Shown piece by piece: positions 8,950 through 17,129 of a stretch of 26,818 bases of DNA. Source of the DNA: Candidatus Methylomirabilales bacterium (GTDB lineage Bacteria; Methylomirabilota; Methylomirabilia; Methylomirabilales; CSP1-5); assembly GCA_046758505.1 (NCBI GenBank), contig JBHIAH010000031.1, positions 1 through 26,818 of the forward strand, given 5' to 3'. The notes under the pieces were generated by a model. The model was given only the letters and a program-made list of their open reading frames with translations, ran no database searches and had not been told where the DNA came from. Both the position numbers and the translations under genes were made by a program. The stretch's first letter is position 1, and each line of letters starts with the position of its first letter.

Positions 8950-9112
8950 GCCCTTCGACTCGCTCCCTTTCCTTGGCAGGATTGGGGCGCTTCGGCGGCT
9001 CGCTCAGGGCACCATTCGACGCGCGAGAAGCGGCTCTCCAGCCGCAGATGGCTTGCCATGAGCAACCGGGGAAAGCTCTCGTCGGAAAGCTTTCCCCGCG
9101 CGTCGAATGGTG
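8950..9112. repeat. REP-like composite inverted element abutting the tmRNA 3' end
   Basis: Two oppositely oriented units of the form CNTTCGAC-YCGC...GCTCA(G/T)GGC. Perfect 16-bp inverted repeat CACCATTCGACGCGCG (9010-9025 / 9097-9112). Internal hairpin CGGGGAAAGCT/AGCTTTCCCCG (9067-9098). Confidence 0.7.
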
Positions 9113-9460
9113 GAGGCGGCGGGAGTCGAACCCGCGTCCGAGAACAGGTCCATAGAGGCCCCTACATGCTTAGCCTGTGTTTTGCTTCTCGTCGGTGAAC
9201 ACCCCCACAGGCAGGGTTACTCACCAACCAGCCCTGCAGTTCTCGCCCGCCTCTCCCGGGCCGGGATCGGAAGGCCAGCTTACCTGTATGACACCGCACC
9301 TTACCCGGCAAGCGGGGCAAGGGCAGCGTGGCTACTCGTTAGGCAGCCAGTGCCAGCTGATGGTTGGCAGTTGTGTGTTTCCCATCGGTTTTACGAGGGT
9401 GATGGGACCTCGGCATGCCGCCTCTACCAACCTCGTCCCCGTCGAAACCGTTTCGCCCCC
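9108..9460 (-). ncRNA. ssrA: tmRNA; tag reading frame 9368-9339 encodes ANHQLALAA*
   Basis: 5' GGGGGCGAAACGGTTTCGACGGG and 3' GACGCGGGTTCGACTCCCGCCGCCTCCACCA. The acceptor stem has the G3.U Ala determinant, the tag ends LALAA-stop, and the gene lies next to smpB. Confidence 0.97.
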
Positions 9461-9479
9461 CTGCGGCCCGCAGGCCGCC

Positions 9480-9578
9480 GTTCATGGTTAATGGTTCATG
9501 GTTCATAGTTCAGAAAAAAGAATGAATACTGCCGAAACGCGTTTATAACCCTGAACTCTGAACCCTCAACCCTGAACC
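9480..9578. repeat. Inverted heptamer arrays, (GTTCANN)5 ... (CTGAACC-like)5
   Basis: gttcatg gttaatg gttcatg gttcata gttcaga (9480-9514) and tataacc ctgaact ctgaacc ctcaacc ctgaacc (9544-9578). Confidence 0.85.
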
Positions 9579-10024
9579 CTTTTGAGTGCATCAGCCATCT
9601 CCCGTTCCTGGGTCCGGCGCTTGAGGTCTTCCCGTTTATCGTACTGCTTCTTTCCCCGGCACAGGGCCAGCTCCACTTTGACCCGGCCCTCCTTCAAGTA
9701 GAAACTCAGCGGAACGAGGGTCAGCCCCCGTTCTTGAACCTTCCCGACCAGGCGGCGGATCTCCGCCCGGTGCAGCAGGAGCTTCCGGCGTCGCCGGGGC
9801 TCGTGGTTGAACCGGTTGGCTTGCGTGTACGGGCTGATGTGGCAGTTGAGAAGAAACACCTCCCCCCCCTCCACCACCCCATAGCCATCCCGCAGATTCG
9901 CCCCGCCCGCCCGGAGCGACTTGACCTCGGTCCCCCTCAGGGCGATGCCGGCCTCAAAGGCCTCCTCGATGTGGAAGTCGTGATACGCCTTTCGATTGGT
10001 CGTAAGCACCTTCCCGTGCGCCAT
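9566..10024 (-). CDS. smpB: SsrA-binding protein SmpB
   Basis: NRKAYHDFHIEEAFEAGIALRGTEVKSLR, NHEPRRRRKLLLH and GKKQYDKRE. Confidence 0.99.
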   Translation of the reverse strand: MAHGKVLTTNRKAYHDFHIEEAFEAGIALRGTEVKSLRAGGANLRDGYGVVEGGEVFLLNCHISPYTQANRFNHEPRRRRKLLLHRAEIRRLVGKVQERGLTLVPLSFYLKEGRVKVELALCRGKKQYDKREDLKRRTQEREMADALKRVQG

Positions 10025-10060
10025 ATTCTCTTACCCCTGCGTTATTCCCTCGCAGCATCT

Positions 10061-10089
10061 AGAATAGCCCTTTCCCCCTTTTTTTTCAA
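10061..10089 (-). promoter_or_regulatory. Sigma70-type promoter for smpB-ssrA
   Basis: TTGAAA-17 bp-TATTCT on the minus strand, about 36 nt upstream of the smpB ATG. Confidence 0.65.
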
Positions 10090-10148
10090 GTCAACACCCC
10101 CGGCGCCAGCCTCCCCAACCCGAGAAAAGAGAAAAGGGGATAAGTACA

Positions 10149-10835
10149 TTATTCGGGTCCCCCCTTCTTGGCGGGACGACCCCGTGGACGGAAGGTAAAT
10201 TCTAAGCTCAGACGTTTCGCGACTCGTTGTCGCCAGGCCTCGCTGCCGTAGGGCCGGCCTCGCCTGACCGATAGCCTCAACGCTTCGAGCTCCTTCGATG
10301 TTAGCCCCTCGTTCAAGAGCGAGAGCCAGTCGTCCGGGCGAGGCACTGGCCACGCCGACAGCGCCGGCTTATGCTCATCTGCGCCCCCTCGGAGCCGCAC
10401 CCAGACGCTCGACCACTGCCACTGCTCGGCCCTCTCGACCAAGCCTGCCCGCACGCCGTTCTGTTCCACGTAGCGGCAGACCGTTAGAAAGTGCTCGTCA
10501 TGGTGAACCGGAAACGACTTGTACGTGCCCTGATAGAGGTGTCCGCTTCCTACGCTGTCCCGGTTCAGATGCCAACGGCGTGCATGCGTGGTGGTCAGTC
10601 GATGCATGAACTTTCCCAGGTCTCCGTCCCGCTCGGGCCACACAACCAAATGCCAGTGGTTTGGCATGATGCAATATGCCAAAAGACGCATGGGGACACG
10701 CAACACCGCCTCGGCCAAGAGCCATTCAAACCTCTGATAATCACGGGCGTCTTCGAAGATCCTAATGCGCGCAGTGGCACGGTTAAGCACATGAAAGACT
10801 ACGCCACCCGGAGCGATGCGGGCCGTTCGAGGCAT
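10149..10835 (-). CDS. HUH Y1 transposase (IS200/IS605 superfamily, RAYT-like)
   Basis: MPRTAR..FHVLNR, AYCIMPNHWHL (HUH), GHLYQGTYKS, RYVEQNGVRAGLV (catalytic Tyr), WQWSS and C-terminal RPRGRP. Confidence 0.95.
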   Translation of the reverse strand: MPRTARIAPGGVVFHVLNRATARIRIFEDARDYQRFEWLLAEAVLRVPMRLLAYCIMPNHWHLVVWPERDGDLGKFMHRLTTTHARRWHLNRDSVGSGHLYQGTYKSFPVHHDEHFLTVCRYVEQNGVRAGLVERAEQWQWSSVWVRLRGGADEHKPALSAWPVPRPDDWLSLLNEGLTSKELEALRLSVRRGRPYGSEAWRQRVAKRLSLEFTFRPRGRPAKKGGPE

Positions 10836-10841
10836 ACACCG

Positions 10842-10870
10842 ACGCTATCGGAGGACCCTGCTTGCGTCAA
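10842..10870 (-). promoter_or_regulatory. Transposase promoter, probably giving a leaderless mRNA
   Basis: TTGACG-17 bp-TAGCGT, then 6 nt to the ATG at 10835. No SD. Confidence 0.65.
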
Positions 10871-10910
10871 CAGATAATTGTACTTATCCCCTTTTTATCC
10901 CCTTTTTCTC

Positions 10911-11090
10911 GCAGAGGCAGGGGCCCGTATAGCCAAAGGTGCTGAAGGGAAAACAGAACCCGACGCGCCGGACGAACCGGAGGGCGCCCTGTTCACTCCG
11001 CACCCTGAGGTGCGGCAGGCGGTGCAGCGACCGATCCCTCAGGGTCTCTACCGCCGCTCGCGTGATCCGGTCAGCGGAACCGCAGGGCAT
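10911..11090 (-). pseudogene. 5' remnant of a gene cut off by the transposase element
   Basis: ATG 11090 overlaps the DGQHR 3' end. It reads MPCGSADRITRAAVETLRDRSLHRLPHLRVRSEQGALRFVRRVGFCFPFSTFGYTGPCL and then runs into the element's repeat. Confidence 0.55.
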
Positions 11091-12204
11091 CCCGGAGCTC
11101 GCGGACGAGCGTCTCCACGGTCCCCCGCGTCCCCCCGGCCAGCTTCTGCCGCCACAGGCCCTCGGTCTCGAAGCGGGCGTCTCCGATCCGCTCCCTCCAG
11201 GGAGAGACCGCCTGGCGGATGGCGGCGGCGTCAAAGGGGTCTTTCTTGCTGTCCCGGGCGGCCGCCATGACATCCGGAGAGACCCGGATAAAGGCCCTGA
11301 GCGCCGTCCCGGTTTTGATGCTGTACTTCCGCCCCGCCCAGGCCTGGGGAAAGGCGGCCGCAATCGCCTTGAAATAGTTCAGGAAGAAGCGGCGCGCCCC
11401 CTCACGCAGCTCTCGGGCCCGCGCCTCCCCGCCAATCTTCTGGACCGTCTCGAAGAGCTCCACCATCTCCTCGGCCAAGGGAGCCTGGGAGACCTTCCCC
11501 CGTCCCACGCCGAGGATCCGGATCTCTCCCCGCAGGGGGGACGACTCGGCCTCGTTGAGGGCCCGGATGATGTCGTGGGCCAGTGCCTGGTTCTCGTTCG
11601 CGTAGAGCCGTCGCCCCGCCAGGCTGATCAGGTGGGACGGATTGAGGCGGGTGTGCTTGGCATTGATGGTGACGAAGAGTTCCACAACCTGCCGATCATC
11701 CAGGTGGTCAAAGAGGACGGCCGGGACCTCCATCCCGCTGAATTCCTGGGCCGCCGCGTGCAGGGCCAACAGGCGATGCTGGCCATCCAGGGCCCGCAGG
11801 ATGCCGGGCTCTTCCGGGATCTCGAGGAGCCCGAGGGTCGGGTTTGCCCCGCCCCGCGTAAACCGGAGCCGCCGCTCCGCAATGATGATCACCGCCCCCG
11901 GGATGGCGGGAAGGTTTCCCGCCTCCTGGCACTCCCGGTAGTATTGCAGCAGCTCCTCGATCTTCCGGTGGATCACGGGTCGCTGAAACGCCGCCTCGCC
12001 CCGGGCAATCCGCCGCTCCAAGAGCTCCCAGTTCACGCGCGTCGGCCGGCGGCGGCGCTTCCCCGGGGGCCCCTCGGCCGAGGCGTACCCCAAGACCTCG
12101 AACCGGACCAGCCGGTCGATATCAGCCGCCGAGAAGGAGGCTTGATAGAACTCGACGCCGAACTGCCTGACCCGATGGGCAGGCACCGTGATCATGGACA
12201 CCAT
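11071..12204 (-). CDS. DGQHR-domain protein (DndB/ParB-Srx-like fold)
   Basis: FQRPV...KIEEL..YY, IPGAVII, LRALDGQHRL and ELFVTINAK. Confidence 0.9.
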   Translation of the reverse strand: MVSMITVPAHRVRQFGVEFYQASFSAADIDRLVRFEVLGYASAEGPPGKRRRRPTRVNWELLERRIARGEAAFQRPVIHRKIEELLQYYRECQEAGNLPAIPGAVIIIAERRLRFTRGGANPTLGLLEIPEEPGILRALDGQHRLLALHAAAQEFSGMEVPAVLFDHLDDRQVVELFVTINAKHTRLNPSHLISLAGRRLYANENQALAHDIIRALNEAESSPLRGEIRILGVGRGKVSQAPLAEEMVELFETVQKIGGEARARELREGARRFFLNYFKAIAAAFPQAWAGRKYSIKTGTALRAFIRVSPDVMAAARDSKKDPFDAAAIRQAVSPWRERIGDARFETEGLWRQKLAGGTRGTVETLVRELRDALRFR

Positions 12205-12219
12205 CCCCTTTTTTCTGCA

Positions 12220-12287
12220 GTTCTCTGTTCACCGTTCTCAGTGCATAGCCGCCTCAACCCTTTGCCATCACCCGTGAACCGTGAACC
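12220..12287. repeat. Degenerate inverted heptamer arrays (GTTCNNN / GTGAACC)
   Basis: gttctct gttcacc gttctca gtgcata ... gtgaacc gtgaacc, between gcvPB and the DGQHR gene. Confidence 0.65.
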
Positions 12288-12290
12288 ATT

Positions 12291-13778
12291 TCAAGAGGTG
12301 GTCCGCCAGCGGAGCTTCGGCTCGCGCGCTGCTTTGGTCTCGTTCAGGCGAGTCACCTTGGGATGGTGAGGCGCTAACCGCACCAACTCCGGATCTTCCT
12401 CGGCCTCCCGGGCGATCCGCTTCATGGCATCGATGAACTGGTCGAGGACCTCCCGGCTCTCGGTCTCTGTCGGCTCGATCATGAGCGCCCCCTTGACGAT
12501 CAAGGGAAAGTAGATGGTCGGCGGGTGAAAGCCGTAGTCGATGAGGCGCTTCGCGACGTCCAGAGTGTGGATGTCCGTCCGCGACTGGAGGGCATCCGAG
12601 AAGACGCACTCGTGCTTGCAGTGCCGGTCATACGGGAGGTCGTAGATCCCCCGGAGCTGGCTCAGGATGTAGTTCGCATTGAGCACCGCCACCTCGGCCA
12701 CCCGCCGAAGTCCCTGGGGTCCCAGGGAACGGATATAGGCATAGGCCCGGACCATCATCCCGAAGTTGCCGTAAAAAGCGCGGACCTTGCCGATGGACTT
12801 GGGGAGCGCATGGTTGAGCACAAACCGCTTCCCCTCCCTCTCCACCGTCGGGACCGGCATGAAGGGGGCGAAATGTTTCTTCATCCCCACGGGACCTGAC
12901 CCCGGTCCGCCCCCGCCGTGGGGTGTGGAGAAGGTCTTGTGGAGGTTAAACTGGAGCACGTCGATCCCCATGTCCCCCACCCTGGCGATCCCGACCAGGG
13001 CATTCAGATTGGCCCCGTCACAGTACACCTGCCCCCCCTGCTTGTGCACGATGTCGGCGATCTCGACGCTGTGTTCCTCGAAGAGGCCCACGGTATTGGG
13101 GTTGGTCACCATGATGGCCGCCACCTCCCCATCCATCACGTCCGCCACCGCCTTCGGTTCCACGACCCCGCGCGGGCCGGATTTGACCGGGATCACCTCG
13201 TACCCACAGATCGCGGAGGAGGCCGGGTTGGTCCCGTGGGCCGAATCGGGGATGAGGACCTTCTTCCGCGGGTTGCCCCGTGAGGTGTGATACGCGCGGA
13301 TGAGCATCATTCCCGTGAGCTCCCCGTGCGCCCCCGCGGCCGGTTGGAGGGTGACGCGGTCCATGCCGCTGATCTCGGCCAGGTACTGCTCCAGCTCCCA
13401 CATGAGCTGGAGGGCCCCCTGGCTGAGCTCCTCGGGTTGATACGGATGGGCCCGGGCGAACCCCGGGAGACGCGCGACATCCTCGTTGACCTTCGGGTTG
13501 TATTTCATGGTGCAGGACCCGAGGGGGTAAAAGCCGATGTCCACGCCATAGTTCCATTGGGACATTCGGGTATAATGGCGGACCACGTCCACCTCACTCA
13601 CCTCGGGGAACCCCTCGATCTCCTCCCGGAGCAGCTTCCGGGGGAGCAGCCGCTCGGGCTTCTCCTCGGGGACGTCGCAGGCGGGGAGGGAGTAGGCGGC
13701 CCGCCCCGGCACGCTCTGCTCAAAGATGAGGGGCTCGTTGAACTGCAGTCCCCGTGTCCCTACCGTCCGCGCCCTCAT
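12291..13778 (-). CDS. gcvPB: Glycine dehydrogenase (decarboxylating) subunit 2
   Basis: [32 protein letters not shown] and [16 protein letters not shown] (PLP Lys). ATGA overlap with the gcvPA stop. Confidence 0.98.
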   Translation of the reverse strand: MRARTVGTRGLQFNEPLIFEQSVPGRAAYSLPACDVPEEKPERLLPRKLLREEIEGFPEVSEVDVVRHYTRMSQWNYGVDIGFYPLGSCTMKYNPKVNEDVARLPGFARAHPYQPEELSQGALQLMWELEQYLAEISGMDRVTLQPAAGAHGELTGMMLIRAYHTSRGNPRKKVLIPDSAHGTNPASSAICGYEVIPVKSGPRGVVEPKAVADVMDGEVAAIMVTNPNTVGLFEEHSVEIADIVHKQGGQVYCDGANLNALVGIARVGDMGIDVLQFNLHKTFSTPHGGGGPGSGPVGMKKHFAPFMPVPTVEREGKRFVLNHALPKSIGKVRAFYGNFGMMVRAYAYIRSLGPQGLRRVAEVAVLNANYILSQLRGIYDLPYDRHCKHECVFSDALQSRTDIHTLDVAKRLIDYGFHPPTIYFPLIVKGALMIEPTETESREVLDQFIDAMKRIAREAEEDPELVRLAPHHPKVTRLNETKAAREPKLRWRTTS

Positions 13779-15124
13779 CGTCCACCTCCCAAGGCCTTGC
13801 AGAGTTGCTCGATGTCTCCCCGACTGATCTGCTCGGTGACGCAGAACAGGAGGCACTCCTTGAGTTCCGGATAAAAGCGACCCAGCGGAAGCCCCCCGAT
13901 GATCCCTCGCTTGAGGAGGGCGCGGGTCACCTCTCGCGGTGCACGGCGTCTGCTCTCCACGACAAACTCGTTAAAGGCGGGACCGCCAAATTTGAGGCCG
14001 AAGCCCCGGACCTTGCCGATCCGCTCCCGGGCAAAGTGGGCCTTCCGGAGGTTGAGGAGCGCCATCTCGCGCAGCCCGCGCCGGCCCATGGTGACCATAA
14101 AGATGGCCGCGGCGAGGGCACAGAGCCCTTCGTTCGTGCAGATATTCGAGGTGGCCTTTTCGCGGCGGATATGCTGCTCCCGGGTGGAGAGCGTGAGGAC
14201 GTAGCCCGGCCGCCCCTCCCGGTCGGCAGTCTCGCCGACGAGGCGCCCCGGCATGCTCCGGACGTAGGCCTCCTTCGAGGCGAAGAACCCGAGATACGGC
14301 CCGCCAAAGCTCATGCCATTGCCCAGGGCCTGTCCCTCCCCGACCACGATGTCTGCCCCCGCGTGGCCGGGCGGCTTCAAGAGGCCGAGCGCAATGGGTT
14401 CGGCGACCGAGACGACGAGGAGACTGTCCTGGTCATGGGCAGATCGGGCGAAGGCGTCCAGGTCCTCGGCGATCCCAAAGAAGTTGGGGTGCTGCACGAT
14501 CAGGCACGAGGCCTTTGTGGTCAAGAGCGACTTCACCTGCGCCAGATCGGTGGCCCCGCTCTTCTCATAGGGGACCTCCACGATCCGCATCCCCAGCCGC
14601 GAGGCGTACGTCTGCACCACCTGGCGATACTCCGGGTGGACGGCCCGGGAGATCAGGACCACCTCCCGCCCATTGATTCGGTGCGCCATCAGGACCGCCT
14701 CCGCCGTGGCAGATCCCCCATCGTACATCGAGGCGTTGGCCACCTCCATGCCGGTGAGCTGGCAGATCAGGGTCTGGTACTCATAGATGGCCTGGAGGGT
14801 TCCCTGCGAGACCTCCGGCTGGTAGGGGGTGTATGCGGTGAAGAACTCCCCGCGGAGGATGAGATGGTTCAAGAGCGCGGGGGTGAAATGGTTATACGCC
14901 CCCGCCCCCAGATAGGAGGTGTACCGATCCACGTCCGCGTTCTTCCCGGCGAGCTCCCGCATGTGGCGGAGGAGCTCCGCCTCGGACAGGGCCGGGGGAA
15001 GCTTGAGGTCCCCCTTGACCCGGACCTTTCTGGGGATGTCGGCGAAGAGCTCCTCGACGCTCTGAACACCGATGGCCTGGAGCATCGCCGCGCAATCGGC
15101 ATCGGTATTGGGGATGTACCGCAT
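13775..15124 (-). CDS. gcvPA: Glycine dehydrogenase (decarboxylating) subunit 1
   Basis: [36 protein letters not shown] and [17 protein letters not shown]. Start overlaps the gcvH stop. Confidence 0.98.
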   Translation of the reverse strand: MRYIPNTDADCAAMLQAIGVQSVEELFADIPRKVRVKGDLKLPPALSEAELLRHMRELAGKNADVDRYTSYLGAGAYNHFTPALLNHLILRGEFFTAYTPYQPEVSQGTLQAIYEYQTLICQLTGMEVANASMYDGGSATAEAVLMAHRINGREVVLISRAVHPEYRQVVQTYASRLGMRIVEVPYEKSGATDLAQVKSLLTTKASCLIVQHPNFFGIAEDLDAFARSAHDQDSLLVVSVAEPIALGLLKPPGHAGADIVVGEGQALGNGMSFGGPYLGFFASKEAYVRSMPGRLVGETADREGRPGYVLTLSTREQHIRREKATSNICTNEGLCALAAAIFMVTMGRRGLREMALLNLRKAHFARERIGKVRGFGLKFGGPAFNEFVVESRRRAPREVTRALLKRGIIGGLPLGRFYPELKECLLFCVTEQISRGDIEQLCKALGGGR

Positions 15125-15519
15125 CAGTGCCCTCCTCCGGCCTGTTCGAGGTACGCCGCATAGTCCGGGGCGGAGAAGAGAGTGTCCAGATCCTTTGCCT
15201 GGGTGATCTTGACCCGGATCATCCACCCGGCCCCGTACGGGTCCGAATTGACCAGCTCCGGCTTCTGCTCGAGCTCACGGTTCACTTCCACGACCTCGCC
15301 CCCGACGGGGCAGTAGAGGTCGGAGACCGCCTTGACCGACTCCACGACGCCGAAGGCCTCCATCTGGCCCAGCCGTCGCCCCGTCTTCGGCAGCTCCACG
15401 AACACCACATCCCCGAGCTGATCCTGCGCGTAGTGGGTGATCCCCACCCGTCCCGTCTCCCCCTCCACTTTGATCCATTCGTGTTCCCGGGTGTACTTGA
15501 GTCCCTCCGGCACATGCAT
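15124..15519 (-). CDS. gcvH: Glycine cleavage system H protein
   Basis: LKYTREHEW, GITHYAQDQLGDVVFVELP, VESVKAVSD (lipoyl Lys) and NSDPYGAGW. SD GGAGG before ATG 15519. Confidence 0.98.
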   Translation of the reverse strand: MHVPEGLKYTREHEWIKVEGETGRVGITHYAQDQLGDVVFVELPKTGRRLGQMEAFGVVESVKAVSDLYCPVGGEVVEVNRELEQKPELVNSDPYGAGWMIRVKITQAKDLDTLFSAPDYAAYLEQAGGGH

Positions 15520-15534
15520 GATGCCCTCCGATGC

Positions 15535-15607
15535 GTTCATGGTTCAGGGTTCTGAGTTCAGGGTCAAGAGGTCACGGTCCATGAACCATGAACCCTCAAC
15601 CATGAAC
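15535..15607. repeat. Inverted heptamer arrays, (GTTCANN)5 ... (CATGAAC)4
   Basis: gttcatg gttcagg gttctga gttcagg gtcaaga ... catgaac catgaac cctcaac catgaac, in the gcvT-gcvH gap. Confidence 0.85.
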
Positions 15608-15609
15608 CG

Positions 15610-16716
15610 CTATCGTTTGCGTTTATAAAAGGGGGTAGGAACGATCTTGGCCCGGACCGGCTCGCCCCGGACCAGGATGTCGACCTCGGTCCCGATCGTA
15701 GCATGCTCGATGGTGACGTACCCCAGCCCGATATTTGTGCCCAAGGTCGGGGAGGGGCCACCGCTGGTGACTTCTCCGATCTCCCGACCGTCAATGACGA
15801 TTTTGTAATGCGAGCGGCCGATCCCACGGCCCGTCATCTCGAACCCCACGAGCCTCCGCGTCAGCCCAGCGGCGCGCTGCTTCTCCAGCGCCGCCCGCCC
15901 GATAAACTCCCCCTTATCCAACTTGACGATCCAGCCGAGATCGGCCTCGAGAACCGTGTGGGCATCGTCAATATCGTTGCCGTACAGCGCCATCTTGGCC
16001 TCGAGCCGCAGCGTGTCCCGGGCCCCCAGCCCGACCGGACGAAGGCCCAGGGGACGGCCCGCCTCGAGGAGGCGATACCACAGGGTCTGGGCCTTTGCCG
16101 GGGCGAGATAGATCTCGAAGCCGTCCTCGCCCGTGTATCCCGTCCGGGAAATCAGGGCATCGGCATCCAGCACCTTGCCAGGCTGGAACCAGTAGTATCT
16201 GATCTGGCCAAGGTCCACGGGGGTGAGCTTCTGGAGGATCTCCGCGGCCCGGGGGCCCTGCAGGGCGAGGAGCGCCGTCTCGTCGCTGATGTTCCGCACC
16301 TCGCAGCTGCCGCTCGTATGCTCGACAACCCACTGATGGTCCTTTTCGATGTTGGACGCGTTGACCGTCACCATGTAGTGATCATCGGCCACCTTGTACA
16401 CCGTGAGGTCATCCACGAATGTGCCGCTGTTGTAACAGAGGGCCGCGTACTGGACCTGCCCGATGCGGAGCTTGGAGGCATCGCTCGTCACCAGGCGCTG
16501 CACCGCCGCCAGCGCATCCCGGCCGCGAAATTCGATCTCTCCCATGTGGCTGATGTCGAACAGGCCGGCAGCCCCCCGGACCGCCCGGTGCTCCTCCAGA
16601 ATGCCGGAGTACTGGACCGGCATGTCCCAGCCCCCGAAGGGGACCATGCGGGCCCCCATCTGTCGGTGAGCGGCGTTCAGGGGGGTCTGCTTCAGATCTG
16701 CCTGAGGCGTCTCGAT
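15610..16716 (-). CDS. gcvT: Glycine cleavage system aminomethyltransferase T (probable non-canonical start)
   Basis: FGGWDMPVQY, GLFDISHMGE, SRTGYTGEDGFE and GLGARDTLRLEA. The conserved LKQTPL..AH segment lies upstream of the first ATG (16659). SD AGGAGGT is 5 nt before ATC 16716. Confidence 0.97.
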   Translation of the reverse strand: METPQADLKQTPLNAAHRQMGARMVPFGGWDMPVQYSGILEEHRAVRGAAGLFDISHMGEIEFRGRDALAAVQRLVTSDASKLRIGQVQYAALCYNSGTFVDDLTVYKVADDHYMVTVNASNIEKDHQWVVEHTSGSCEVRNISDETALLALQGPRAAEILQKLTPVDLGQIRYYWFQPGKVLDADALISRTGYTGEDGFEIYLAPAKAQTLWYRLLEAGRPLGLRPVGLGARDTLRLEAKMALYGNDIDDAHTVLEADLGWIVKLDKGEFIGRAALEKQRAAGLTRRLVGFEMTGRGIGRSHYKIVIDGREIGEVTSGGPSPTLGTNIGLGYVTIEHATIGTEVDILVRGEPVRAKIVPTPFYKRKR

Positions 16717-16787
16717 GACGGACCTCCTCTGCGGTCAAGGAGGAATAGGGGGGCAAAGGAGCGAAAGCCCGGGACGATTGGCTTATT

Positions 16788-16815
16788 AATGTAAATGGAG
16801 TTTGATATTTGTCAA
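16788..16815 (-). promoter_or_regulatory. Sigma70-type promoter of the gcv operon
   Basis: TTGACA-16 bp-TACATT in an AT-rich patch about 70 nt upstream of gcvT. Confidence 0.6.
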
Positions 16816-17129
16816 GGAGAAAGTCGGGCGTGTGGACGGGGAGGGGAAGCGACCGTCCAACAGCCTCCCCGGCCGAAAATAAAACGCCATTAAATTTTGC
16901 TTGACACCCCTTCTCCCCTTTTGATAAAGGAGCGGGCAGGCTCAGGACCCACCAGGCATTTTGCCACTCTTCAGAGGAGGGGGTGATACATGTCAAGAGG
17001 TGTGAGGTGGGGCTCAGGGAACAGAAAGGGTTCTCCTGCCTCTCCATCTTAAGAACGCTGGTCCCGAACAGGGGTAACATCGAATCACGAGAGTCGTGTG
17101 AGGGAAACCTGTAGCGGGGAGGCGCAGAC

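Larger units (their letters stand above)
10121..10911 (-). mobile_element. Y1 tyrosine-transposase element with terminal inverted repeats
   Basis: Perfect 17-bp inverted repeat AAAAGGGGATAAGTACA (10132-10148 / 10879-10895) tightly brackets the transposase. Partial tandem duplications sit at both outer ends. Confidence 0.8.

Noticed and set aside
8800..9130. Prophage or genomic island integrated at ssrA
   Set aside because: There is no integrase and no direct repeat of the tmRNA 3' end in the window. The only copy is short and inverted.
11071..12204. Calling the DGQHR gene dndB of a phosphorothioation system
   Set aside because: No dndA/C/D/E genes are in the window, and the motif alone does not establish orthology.
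16717..16790. Glycine riboswitch upstream of gcvT
   Set aside because: The leader is only about 65 nt from the predicted promoter and lacks the GGAGA...CCGAAG...CUCAGG aptamer motifs.
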